From contig CAYYKF010000001.1 in the NCBI GenBank assembly GCA_964441035.1, positions 1 through 43,792 on the forward strand: a stretch of DNA of 43,792 nt, written 5' to 3'. Position numbers and translations under genes: made by a program. The stretch's first letter is position 1. Each line of letters opens with the position of its first letter. Below, one piece after another: positions 34,301 through 41,815 of the stretch. This DNA is from an uncultured Candidatus Poseidoniales archaeon (GTDB lineage Archaea; Thermoplasmatota; Poseidoniia; Poseidoniales; Thalassarchaeaceae). Below the pieces are notes generated by a model. That model was not told the origin of the DNA. It worked only from the letters and a program-made list of their open reading frames with translations, and made no database searches.

Positions 34301-36688
34301 CTCATAGACGCACAGGCCTTGAAATTCCTGTAAAGCATACAACTTACTTCCTTCACTGGCAAAGGCTGTCGTTCGTCCACCGAACCAAATGTCTCCAGCA
34401 TCTGGATTCTCAAAACCATCAGCACTGCGTCGTACAAATCCCATCTCATGACCGACATAAACTTCTCCATCGACATCTACGTGCAGTGAGAGAACCCAAG
34501 GGTTTGGCAAACTCGCAAATTCTCCTTCTTCCATATCGTCAAGCCACCACCACCAATCTTCTTCAGATTCGGCCCAAGTCTCAACGATTTCGCCGGTATC
34601 GCGATCAAACACAAAGACGCCTGCATCGTATAATCCGAGATAAACGCGGTCACCACCAACTGCAATCGGTGCATGTTCAACATCATCGACATCGCTTGAG
34701 CGCCATGAACCAAGTATTTCCTCTGTGATGAGATTCACCCGAGCAACACCCTCACCTTCAATTGCAACGAATGCGATTCCGTTTCTGGCAACAACATCGA
34801 AGGCATATCCGCGCTGGAATTCATCATTCTCATTCCACACATCTATGCTACCTGTAGACATCTCGATTCGGCCTAGGCCATCATCACCCATTGCGATAAG
34901 AAGCGAGCCTGTGAGAGCATCCCATGCTAGGGCGGTTGGGTCCGCAGACATACCCATGGTGATGGTATCAGCATGAGTTCCATTCGATGCCCATACATCA
35001 ATCGATAATTCATCTCCTACACTGAACAAACGATTACCATCTGTTGTAATTGAGTTGACTCCATGCTCAGGGAACAATGGGCTAAGCCACGCGCGCGCGC
35101 GAACATCGAACCTGTCAATCGCAAGGTCACCCGCTGCATACAAAATCCCATCGATTTCGAGTACATCATGCACATGTTCATTGGTCGGAGTTGTTGCTAA
35201 CAATAGGTCCCCAAGTGCCTGTGGGGCTGCTAATGCATCCAATACTGCAAGTCTTCCGCTACCATCGCTCACCATCAAAGCTGATTGCGTAGGTGCTCGT
35301 AGGCCACCAGTTGGCCAAGATACCAAATCCATTCCTTCATGATTGAGACCCATAGCAGGAAGCATCGATTCACCAGTAAATGATGCAGTTACAGTGTTGT
35401 AAACATGTAGACCCACATCGGTAAGAATAGAAGTAGAGTTACCATTGGCAGAAAGGTCGACGATATGATTCGATGAAAGCCAGTTTCCATCATGCCAAAC
35501 TGCCAACCAATTTCCACTCGCCAAATCCTTTCGAGCCAACCCCTCATCAGTGGTACCAACAAACAAAGTTCCATCATTATGAGACAAAATTGAGATGTGG
35601 TCACTTGGAAGATGATTTGCTGTAGACCATCCACTCAACCTGGTATCTGCAACACGATTCCATCGTGCTATTCCACCTCCGTCTGTCGAAACGAGAATTT
35701 CATCTCCAAGGAATAGAATATCAGTTGTAGGTTCATCAGGCCATTGTGAGTCGGAATCTGAGGAAATGGCCTCTTGCCATCCATTACCATCATTGACATG
35801 CAGATGACCTGCACCTGCAACCCAGATGTGACCTGATGAGTCTAGAGCCATCTGGGATGATGAAGATGGAGCATTGCTTAGAGGGGTGCATTGCGCACCA
35901 CCAATAAGTTGCCAGCAAAGGATATTTCCACCCTTCTCTAATCCAAGAATTCGATCATTTCCCACATCAACAGCCAAGGAAATGAGGTCAACTCCTTCGA
36001 TTCTATCGATAATCGATGGCGATGCGCTCGCATCTAGTATCAGCAACGAATCTCCACTGACAGCAAGGTACAGGCGACCATCATCGGGATGAACTGCATG
36101 TGCTTGAATGTCAAGCATATATGGAGTCAAAGAAACCAGTGGGTCCACCGGACGAAGTGCCTCAATAATGACATCAGTAACGGTTGCATTGTTAGGAATC
36201 TGCCATGTTGCAGTGGTATCTGATTGTGGTGCCATTCGACCGTTGTGTGGATCACCGTCTGAGAAATCGAGAAGACGACCTAAACCTGGACCTGACGACC
36301 AATCAAGCACCATCGAATCTGACGCAGGAGACCAGATTCGTGGGTTTTCAAGGAACAAGTCATTAGCACCATCAACCTGTATCTGAAGAGATATATCCGA
36401 CATTTGTACCCCATAGGGAACTAAATGATGGAAATCTGCTGTAGAGAGGTTATCTCCATCCGGGTCTGTCAAATCAAGTTGGACCCAACCTGTATCTACT
36501 GGAATCCCAGATTCTTCTGTACCACCTTCAGCAGATGTAGAGGTCAATAAAGGCGAGAGTGACATCAGTAGCATCAATCCGCAGAGCAAGAGTGCTTGTC
36601 TGGGCTGTGACATCACTTGGAATGGCCGCAATCGGGCCGTTATGGTAGTTCTGGTTCGCTGTATTTGGCACATCATTGGTGTAACCAA
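28379..36688 (-). CDS. Giant (about 2745-2769 aa) type I membrane-anchored surface protein: signal peptide, multiple Reg_prop-like beta-propeller regions, tandem FN3/Ig-like modules, C-terminal TM helix and 77-aa acidic cytoplasmic tail
   Basis: Single uninterrupted ORF. The probable start is the ATG at 36613 (MSQPRQALLLCGLMLLMSLSPLLTSTSA|EG). At least 11 blade signatures occur, such as ILVSTDGGGIARWN, LFVGTTDEGLARKD, LYVGTEEGEFGIQRYD, LWVTTRNSGLHRID and VWFATPGGVGSWD. The TM helix LFSVMSLVLALVGVLIVLAAITTFFVL is encoded at 28613-28693. Confidence 0.85.
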   Translation of the reverse strand: MVTPMMCQIQRTRTTITARLRPFQVMSQPRQALLLCGLMLLMSLSPLLTSTSAEGGTEESGIPVDTGWVQLDLTDPDGDNLSTADFHHLVPYGVQMSDISLQIQVDGANDLFLENPRIWSPASDSMVLDWSSGPGLGRLLDFSDGDPHNGRMAPQSDTTATWQIPNNATVTDVIIEALRPVDPLVSLTPYMLDIQAHAVHPDDGRLYLAVSGDSLLILDASASPSIIDRIEGVDLISLAVDVGNDRILGLEKGGNILCWQLIGGAQCTPLSNAPSSSSQMALDSSGHIWVAGAGHLHVNDGNGWQEAISSDSDSQWPDEPTTDILFLGDEILVSTDGGGIARWNRVADTRLSGWSTANHLPSDHISILSHNDGTLFVGTTDEGLARKDLASGNWLAVWHDGNWLSSNHIVDLSANGNSTSILTDVGLHVYNTVTASFTGESMLPAMGLNHEGMDLVSWPTGGLRAPTQSALMVSDGSGRLAVLDALAAPQALGDLLLATTPTNEHVHDVLEIDGILYAAGDLAIDRFDVRARAWLSPLFPEHGVNSITTDGNRLFSVGDELSIDVWASNGTHADTITMGMSADPTALAWDALTGSLLIAMGDDGLGRIEMSTGSIDVWNENDEFQRGYAFDVVARNGIAFVAIEGEGVARVNLITEEILGSWRSSDVDDVEHAPIAVGGDRVYLGLYDAGVFVFDRDTGEIVETWAESEEDWWWWLDDMEEGEFASLPNPWVLSLHVDVDGEVYVGHEMGFVRRSADGFENPDAGDIWFGGRTTAFASEGSKLYALQEFQGLCVYERDDLSLITCWNSNPRSNIEIDTTDGNSLTIPSPNRIYVSTDHGAYLIDTLNETILQSWSTGGSTWNTPVVVWNDVAHLAVDGIGVARYDLDTQQWLSPWNAASGQLPNNGVTALSDDISSEHLWVGGDFGLVELDMRNGNQLNNWDDDSDPRVSPRAPQQLVRIDEVLHYLETPPERRNLDTFTDIFDGDDFDFILQSEDGEDGTEGRQRPGGGGGGNQGFGQPATRVFRYDVDSEEKLSDLRPSFLSPNQNQLSIIGMENVRGDELWIGIGKPNSYHWSNDPAGIARWDANAEQWLDDIEPESSVEDEGLVAFLGDCDSTSILADSESCIILSSFGDDYHRMMWLDGTVESEPSLEGPIRAAVTWDGYGLLASPDGVLRVSTSNWNFVDPWEAGDGLPPSASNNVRSLEVIGDDLWMITKSSSSSSSSQIHRLNGSTNQWMTWSGSSTDEIPDGTGITIEMCADIIHFGFYGEVWDGEGGIARYDPIQNEWLEPFESEFEFDFDNGGRQEQDGLYWASVTALACDTEDILYVGTEEGEFGIQRYDYGEEEWMDPIYPDDFDMGWSGVAHDAMYWANSILAFGHVQGGDFNSEGSFSTIPVLGDWTGNGRSVDHGISTTSIVPYPQLPGNSVDWLVAQPGANGPGRAKMFNSLGDDFGTMGAWTGMTDGRVRHFAGNSSHVYAAFLSSGSARTDGASTILEGTILANGDVDWARSWELDYASIERLFLQDGLLWVTTRNSGLHRIDLSTGDIGAMPPASHESLSFMTLHDGDLVIGLSAVEMAAGVAVFDLNNEQFIDGALIPGLPSPIVEDVVEYDGSVWFATPGGVGSWDIAANSWGPTVSVAAGLPSSDVRGLEIAGGELWVATFGGLCAVNPSSPVTSMPNVQQCLTRNQGLTGTSTADIASAGGLLYASHDGFGPTRPGATQVRGVDRNALLQYHADSLPSNDVTAIAADGWGVHIATEEEPLSHWNAITNQMENGAVASDTNGWPITSLSSNGQTLLAGTTGLMHRISVQGVGHPVINSTGAPGIIATFQGQYGTWVAAGEDGVRPFGPSPGYEMMPQVVDKRATPLRATIGVEMTDITTAARPDNSITLDLGTGVLVGEENDALSLAEVPLIFSSDIEGAAVWARTTQVDYSGTWNIANSESAMRALLEAVAFGDTNSTGHDLHLRFDSPSNGSIKVRLTYTAIPSDSPVQMLLLEDRPNDGGDALVAMWTPTLETGFSAYELYYIGANEQTPNSITIPSRFDVQTVITGLDDAEGYTAWVEVVYSNGNHSNSSNTIGPVSPFDDIPLAPSWANTELSDTEVLVEWEYCSALDYQFSQFDYSISPLEPLDSFSSGWQGEDVNPASGDNSTSIPLLGTPVWARIYCVDTAWQIDLPNPLIIGPISTSLENDTDAPEPLDWVLAEDHPDDSGGVLDISWAESEADDCALYAVHLTPVSGAWPPVSADEAPVVEWIEGCENTDTMIGGLDDGQAYWVTVVAYDTNLNADPENSPWDEGMPLADLRETDAPARVESVSASDIPSDSGHAIEVSWTPSIDSDVVHYTVWVSEHDVSDVSSMWSRCSFYLDTCAEMVMVAGISDTMVIDKALYGDSLNMGIRLQIQPDVELFVSVSAHDGDGNVFLDSLVTTSVMPIDDLRDTEAPPRMDRPTLSDVVNDYGNALWMEFTPSGADDVAWYAIYVESYYYEETCELQPAMLLPVDAEQPLLLDRYSSGRFLEPTEQVTVAIVAVDASANVNCADILPASMTPIADAEPVEVESPVSDLTAEWIYNGTALEITWDRTESARAGLSIYISDSRFTVTGESVQIAVNIRDDTFIITTINGEPIDSSKYWWIAVTNDHAAGEIIQVSPLEVPPFGVGTESSDDLFSVMSLVLALVGVLIVLAAITTFFVLRRARSKDDFNLDQSSLVSGDMDRTNDLWKSTEDDPLPMHNPPLTEVPSMNPAASTADDLPSMAEGNDVDTSFLDDLI
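28694..30697 (-). repeat. Tandem FN3/Ig-like module region of the giant protein (protein-level repeats, aa ~1998-2665)
   Basis: Recurrent module openings: LEDRPNDGGDALVAMWTP, DTDAPEPLDWVLAEDHPDDSGGVLDISWAES..YAVHL, ETDAPARVESVSASDIPSDSGHAIEVSWTPS..HYTVWV, DTEAPPRMDRPTLSDVVNDYGNALWMEFTPS..WYAIYV. Confidence 0.6.
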
Positions 36689-36746
36689 TGAATTTCAGTT
36701 ATGAAGCAACGTGTTTAGAGATACAACATATCGACTTGGTATACCA

Positions 36747-36761
36747 CGCTCCTACGGAGCG
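36747..36761 (-). terminator. 6-bp GC stem / GTA triloop hairpin 2 nt after the crotonase stop, upstream of the giant gene
   Basis: Minus strand reads TAA TT CGCTCC GTA GGAGCG. No oligo-T follows. Confidence 0.35.
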
Positions 36762-36763
36762 AA

Positions 36764-37546
36764 TTAATCAAAATTCGGGTCTCTCTTCTCAATGAAAGAT
36801 GTGACGCCTTCTGCAAAATCTGGAGTCATAGAAGCTGCTGTAATCAGTGCTCTCTCAAATTCCAATTGTGTTTCAAAAAAGGTCGAGCTTTGAGCATCGA
36901 GTAGTTGTTTCGTGCTACGACGACTCATTTCAGCCCAACGCCCCCAATCTTTTGCTATCGCAATGGCCCGTTCAGTTAATTCATCTACAGGAACCAATTC
37001 ATCAACCGCTCCTTTGCTAAGAGCTTGTTCTCCATTCCATGTTTCATCGTTGAAGAAGAAGCGTTTCGTTTCCTGAGTTCCAACCAAACGCGGGAGTAAC
37101 CAAGTGGTTCCGCCATCTGGTGATAAACCAAGTTTGAAAAATGCTGCAGATAGCCTTGCATCGGGGGACGCGATGCGTGCGTCACATGCCAGTGCAAGGC
37201 CCAATCCTCCACCTGCAGCAGCCCCATTCATTGCAGCGATGATAGCGGTTGAATCACCTCTCATCCTGACTAGAAGCGGGTGAAGAATACCTGTTAACTG
37301 CTCCACCAAATCTCCAATTTTCCCATCTTCAATAGCACCTTGAAATTCATTGATGTCTGCACCCGCACAGAAAAATCGACCCGTGCCTGTTATCACGATG
37401 CTACGAATCCTAGAATCATCCATCAATTCGTTCAGTGTATCAGAAATTGTTTGGATTGAATCAATATCAAACGCATTACGGGATGATTCGGCAGAAAGAG
37501 TCGCTAATGCGACCCCTCCGTCCAACCTCTCCACCTCTAGGGCCAT
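36764..37546 (-). CDS. Enoyl-CoA hydratase/isomerase (crotonase family), second copy
   Basis: FFCAGADINEF and AAMNGAAAGGGLGLALACDARIAS crotonase motifs. Length is 260 aa. Confidence 0.9.
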   Translation of the reverse strand: MALEVERLDGGVALATLSAESSRNAFDIDSIQTISDTLNELMDDSRIRSIVITGTGRFFCAGADINEFQGAIEDGKIGDLVEQLTGILHPLLVRMRGDSTAIIAAMNGAAAGGGLGLALACDARIASPDARLSAAFFKLGLSPDGGTTWLLPRLVGTQETKRFFFNDETWNGEQALSKGAVDELVPVDELTERAIAIAKDWGRWAEMSRRSTKQLLDAQSSTFFETQLEFERALITAASMTPDFAEGVTSFIEKRDPNFD

Positions 37547-37612
37547 GTATACCGGCTGACGTTCTCATTCTTCAATTGCATGAATGTCTTAAGTTGCCTC
37601 GGGATGGGCCCT

Positions 37613-39031
37613 ATGATGCAGAGGAGTTCGTTGTACATCGGAGGCCAATGGGTTGAGGCTGATGGAGATGGAATCATTGAGGTAATCAACCCAAGTACAG
37701 AAGAAATCATTGGTTCGGTACCTGCCGGTTCTGCCAAAGATGTGGAGGATGCAATTGCAGCAGCCAAAGCCGCCTACCCTACTTGGTCAAAGAGTTCTGT
37801 TGAACAAAGAATAGAAATTTTGAATGCCCTATCTGCGGCTTTCAAAGAAAAGACCGAAGAACTTGCACAAATGATTACGGCAGAGGTCGGAACGCCAATT
37901 GATTATAGCAGAATGGCAATGGTTGGTACGCCCCGGGTTGTTTCACGTTCATATGCAAAAATGCTAGAGAATTTTGAGTGGGAGGAAGAAGTACGTAATT
38001 CACTTCTTGTCAAAGAACCTGTAGGAGTATGTGCTTTCATCACTCCTTGGAATTTTCCCTTACACCAAATTATCGGTAAGGTGGCACCTGCACTTGCAGC
38101 GGGTTGCACAATGGTGCTAAAACCAAGTAAAGAAGCGCCCCTGAATGCATTCCTACTGGCTGATATAATCGATGAAATCGGTTTACCTGCGGGAGTGTTT
38201 AACCTTGTCAGCGGACATGGTTCAGAGGTTGGTGAAATTCTCTCAGCGCACCCTGATGTCGACATGGTTTCTTTCACGGGCTCAACAAATGCAGGAGTAA
38301 GGGTGAGTCAAGTTGCTGCACCAACAGTGAAACGGGTGACCTTGGAACTTGGAGGAAAGAGTGCAAATGTTGCATTAGAGGATGCTGACCCAGCATTGGT
38401 CGCAAAAAAGGCAATTGGTGCTTGTTTTCAGAATTCAGGTCAAACCTGTTCAGCACTAACACGATTGATCATACCTTCAAGCATGCGTGACGAAGTTTGC
38501 GACATAATCTCTTCAAGAGTGTCCACCTACACTACTGGAAATCCGCTAGAAGACGGAATTCGATGTGGCCCTATGGTTTCAGCACGACAACAAGCGAGTG
38601 TTTCAGACTATATCTCCAAGGGGATTGCGGAAGGTGCTACACTAATTGCGGGCGGAGAAGGAATGCCTGATGGTCTCGATACTGGATATTTTGTGAGGCC
38701 TACCGCCTTCGCGGATGTAACTCCAGAGATGGCAATTTGGAAAGAAGAGATATTCGGACCTGTGTTGGTCATTACAACATACGAGAATGAAGACGAAGCA
38801 TTGGCGCTCGCCAACGATTCAATCTACGGCCTTTCGGGTGGAGTCTGGTCTGCAGATGAAAATAGAGCGCTAGAGTTTGCTCGAGGCATGAGAACTGGTC
38901 AAGTTAGTATCAACGGGGGTGCTTTCAACATCAGTGCACCATTTGGAGGTTACAAAATGTCTGGTAATGGTCGTGAACTCGGAATTCATGGATTAGAGGA
39001 ATTCTTGGAGATTAAGGCAATTCAACGATAA
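37613..39031 (+). CDS. NAD(P)+-dependent aldehyde dehydrogenase
   Basis: LYIGGQWVEA N-terminus, FTGSTNAG, the ELGGKSA catalytic Glu block, the FQNSGQTCSA catalytic Cys block, and EEIFGPV. The track start at 37580 adds 11 atypical residues. Confidence 0.9.
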   Translation: MMQRSSLYIGGQWVEADGDGIIEVINPSTEEIIGSVPAGSAKDVEDAIAAAKAAYPTWSKSSVEQRIEILNALSAAFKEKTEELAQMITAEVGTPIDYSRMAMVGTPRVVSRSYAKMLENFEWEEEVRNSLLVKEPVGVCAFITPWNFPLHQIIGKVAPALAAGCTMVLKPSKEAPLNAFLLADIIDEIGLPAGVFNLVSGHGSEVGEILSAHPDVDMVSFTGSTNAGVRVSQVAAPTVKRVTLELGGKSANVALEDADPALVAKKAIGACFQNSGQTCSALTRLIIPSSMRDEVCDIISSRVSTYTTGNPLEDGIRCGPMVSARQQASVSDYISKGIAEGATLIAGGEGMPDGLDTGYFVRPTAFADVTPEMAIWKEEIFGPVLVITTYENEDEALALANDSIYGLSGGVWSADENRALEFARGMRTGQVSINGGAFNISAPFGGYKMSGNGRELGIHGLEEFLEIKAIQR

Positions 39032-39067
39032 CCAACATTACAATGTTCATATGAATCGGGGAATTCA

Positions 39068-39688
39068 ATGGCAGCCAACAGTATACCACGCCTCATACTT
39101 ATTTCAGGTGCTACTGGAGTTGGAAAAACGACTTTGGCTAAAGCCGTGGCACATGAACTCGGCATCTCTAGAATTGCCTCAACTGATACTATTCGGGAAG
39201 TCATGCGGGCAATGACAAGTGATACTGATTCTGCGTTATTCCGTTCATCGTATGGCAAGGGTGAGATTGGAGATCCCGCAACTGATTGGGATGATGCTGC
39301 ACGTGCTGTTCAACCAGGAATTGAAGCGGTTGTGGATAGAGCTCGTCAGCAAGGTGTGGACCTCATTGTTGAAGGAGTACATATCCAACCATCAAGCAAA
39401 TTGTTGAACGCTTGGGAAGATGCCGGGGGTGCAACCGTTGGCGTTCTCATCAAAATTGAGGATGAAGCAACACACAAAGAGAGAATCGAGATGCGTGAAG
39501 CAAATACATGGCGAGGACCTGACCGATATCGAATTGCTTTCGACCGTATTAGAAAGATACAGCGCGCAATTGAGGAACGCGGATCTGGTGCCGAATGGAA
39601 AGTGATTGATTCGCGTTTGCATCAAGAGGGTGTTGGAATGATTAGACAGTGGCTTGACGAAGCATGGTATGCAGCAAGTCGAAGATAA
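39068..39688 (+). CDS. 2-phosphoglycerate kinase-like P-loop kinase (COG2074 family)
   Basis: ILISGATGVGKTTLAKAVAHELGISRIASTDTIREVMR matches the 2PGK-family Walker A plus STDxIREVMR block. IVEGVHI is the second conserved block. Confidence 0.65.
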   Translation: MAANSIPRLILISGATGVGKTTLAKAVAHELGISRIASTDTIREVMRAMTSDTDSALFRSSYGKGEIGDPATDWDDAARAVQPGIEAVVDRARQQGVDLIVEGVHIQPSSKLLNAWEDAGGATVGVLIKIEDEATHKERIEMREANTWRGPDRYRIAFDRIRKIQRAIEERGSGAEWKVIDSRLHQEGVGMIRQWLDEAWYAASRR

Positions 39689-40906
39689 CTATTCTAATTC
39701 TTGAACTGCTGTAACTTCACCTTGTGATAGTTTAGCATCTCCACCTAGCGAGTAATTTCTACCTCGCCATTTGACCTCGCGCCCGAGGAAAATACTGAGG
39801 TAAATGATTGGTGCGCTCAAGAATAATAGTGGGATTATTGGCCAATGCCAAAATTTCAAACTATTACCTCGTACAATACTGTCAAATCTGAGAATACTGG
39901 CATTGAGAGACAAGTTGGCTGTAGCGAAAATTATCATGGCAATGAAAGAGGGTGAGACGATTGCACCAATCAAACTGGCCCAAAACAGTATACCCTGAAT
40001 CCAAGTGATAAATTTCAAATCATTATTTGACAAACCACTTCGAGAAAATGTAACCCAGCGTTTGAAAATAGACCAGAATTGAGAGAATGTTAAGCCTGAT
40101 TGAATGATTGAAACTGGTCGATTTGAAACGACATTCTCGTATCCTGCTGCAGAAACACGGGCTCCAAGAAACATGTCGTCCACCAACTGCCCTTGAGCAG
40201 ATTTGATGCCACCAATTGTATCCAGTGACTCACGGCGAAAAATCATGTACTGACCCATCACAAAGGAGAGTTTGTTTTCGGACTTCTTCACAACTCTCGC
40301 AAGTGCTGGACTGTATAATCCGTTGAGTAAAACGCTGTAACCAGCATCACCAAAAGTTTGGGGAGGTAAACTCACAGCCACTGGAGCAAAGGCCGCACCA
40401 GATTTGTCATTTGAAATGAGTGATTCGACCAAACTACGAAGTGTATCCCGATCACTGCGAATATCGGAGTCAGCGAAAGCGATGAGGTCCCCTACCGATT
40501 CATCAAATGCGACTAGCATCGCATTCAACTTCCCAGTCCATCCCATTTTGGGTTCACCACAGAAAATAATCCGTGCATCTACATCTGGAAATTCTTGCAA
40601 AGCATTTTTCACAATTGATACGCCAGGTTCATCTTCATCATCAAACACAAAAATAATCTCAATATTACCAGGATAGCCATGATTTAGAGCAGCTCTAACG
40701 TTCTCTTCAATCTGATAGTCCAATCCTTTAATCGGCCGAATCAGAGATACACTCGGGAATTGCTGAAGAATCGGATTCTGTGAGATATTGTCGTTTGAAG
40801 TCAAAGCACGAGACATGATAATGTGAGAACGGATTACTTCAAGAAGAAAAAATGAAGCAATGATGATTCCTACAATTTCAATATAATTAATTTCCACTAC
40901 TATCAC
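39689..40906 (-). CDS. Integral-membrane GT2/GT21-type glycosyltransferase (ceramide-glucosyltransferase/processive-synthase-like)
   Basis: It has an N-terminal TM helix. Motifs are VSLIRPIKGLD...YPGNIEIIFVFDDEDEPG, ADSDIRSD (DxD) and a FKRW (QxxRW-like) motif. Four or five C-terminal TM helices follow. It starts 1-10 nt after the pilin-like gene stop (GTG 40906 or GTG 40897 after AGGGTGA). Confidence 0.75.
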   Translation of the reverse strand: MIVVEINYIEIVGIIIASFFLLEVIRSHIIMSRALTSNDNISQNPILQQFPSVSLIRPIKGLDYQIEENVRAALNHGYPGNIEIIFVFDDEDEPGVSIVKNALQEFPDVDARIIFCGEPKMGWTGKLNAMLVAFDESVGDLIAFADSDIRSDRDTLRSLVESLISNDKSGAAFAPVAVSLPPQTFGDAGYSVLLNGLYSPALARVVKKSENKLSFVMGQYMIFRRESLDTIGGIKSAQGQLVDDMFLGARVSAAGYENVVSNRPVSIIQSGLTFSQFWSIFKRWVTFSRSGLSNNDLKFITWIQGILFWASLIGAIVSPSFIAMIIFATANLSLNASILRFDSIVRGNSLKFWHWPIIPLLFLSAPIIYLSIFLGREVKWRGRNYSLGGDAKLSQGEVTAVQELE

Positions 40907-40907
40907 C

Positions 40908-41345
40908 CTAAGTGAAATTTACCGTAGCACTCAATTGTAATTGAAGTCTTGAATGGCTATCGGCAATTCCAGCACTGGCTGAAATCATCCTAGTTGAACC
41001 ATTTCCGGTTACTGTGATATCTGTGAGAATAATTTCTACACCAGGTCGAAGTTCTCCATGACGCATCAAATCCTCAGAAACCGATTCTGCTGCTGCTACA
41101 GATGCGGATGTTTCATTATATCCTGCATTGAAAAATACGGGTGTACGATTCTGCAAAAGTGGTTGCCATGCTTCAACCACTTCCACACTCGTATCTAGAA
41201 CTGCATCCTCATTTCCATCATACGGCTCACCAAGGCTGGCCGTCTTGACAGTGGTTAATGACATCGTTAGTAAAGAAAACATCAGAACCAAACCAGTCAT
41301 CAGTAACATTTGTCCTCCCTCATCATCAATTGATTCACGGCGCAT
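40908..41345 (-). CDS. Pilin-like protein with a class III (type IV prepilin-like) signal
   Basis: MRRESIDDEGGQMLLMTGLVLMFSLLTMSL has a charged leader, G-Q, then a hydrophobic helix, followed by a ~110-aa Ser/Thr/Val-rich domain. Its ATG shares its A with the upstream stop (TGATG at 41347-41343). The longer track ORF (to 41390) is not needed. Confidence 0.5.
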   Translation of the reverse strand: MRRESIDDEGGQMLLMTGLVLMFSLLTMSLTTVKTASLGEPYDGNEDAVLDTSVEVVEAWQPLLQNRTPVFFNAGYNETSASVAAAESVSEDLMRHGELRPGVEIILTDITVTGNGSTRMISASAGIADSHSRLQLQLSATVNFT

Positions 41346-41806
41346 CAATTTCCACCTCCTGCATGCCAAACTTGAATTCCAATTGTCCAAACTCTACCCT
41401 CATCATGAACCAAATGATGAACAGACAATGTATCACCTTCTGTCTGCGATATGACACCATGCAATGTCTTCGGACCGGCATCCACAGCTATCCAGCAATT
41501 TCCTCTAATTGAGGAACTTAATGAATCTAACATCGTGTTACAAGCTTCATCGAGATTATCTGAAGAAAGCATTTCACCTAGTCTCGATGTGTGATTCTGA
41601 TTATCGATGGCTTCTTCTCCTGCAAGACTATCATAGGCATCCTCTGCTGCCAAATCCAGTATTCCATCCCTAGCAGGAGACACAGGATCTGGAACTTTCA
41701 ATTGCAAGATGAACGTAGCGGTCATGAAGAATAACCAAAACAGTGTAATCATTTCAATGATGTGAACTTGCGCATTCTGTTCACGAAACTTACCGCATGG
41801 ACGCAT
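41345..41806 (-). CDS. Pilin-like / pseudopilin-like protein with an N-terminal hydrophobic helix
   Basis: MRPCGKFREQNAQVHIIEMITLFWLFFMTATFILQL has a basic leader, A-Q, then a helix with Glu at +6. GGGTGA lies 4 nt upstream of the ATG. The gene follows the platform gene by 9 nt. Confidence 0.45.
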   Translation of the reverse strand: MRPCGKFREQNAQVHIIEMITLFWLFFMTATFILQLKVPDPVSPARDGILDLAAEDAYDSLAGEEAIDNQNHTSRLGEMLSSDNLDEACNTMLDSLSSSIRGNCWIAVDAGPKTLHGVISQTEGDTLSVHHLVHDEGRVWTIGIQVWHAGGGN

Positions 41807-41815
41807 AATTTCACC

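Noticed and set aside
39033-39046. AT-rich dyad AACAT-taca-ATGTT after the aldehyde dehydrogenase stop
   Set aside because: It is only a 5-bp weak stem with no T-tract, and the next gene starts 22 nt later on the same strand. It is likely incidental.
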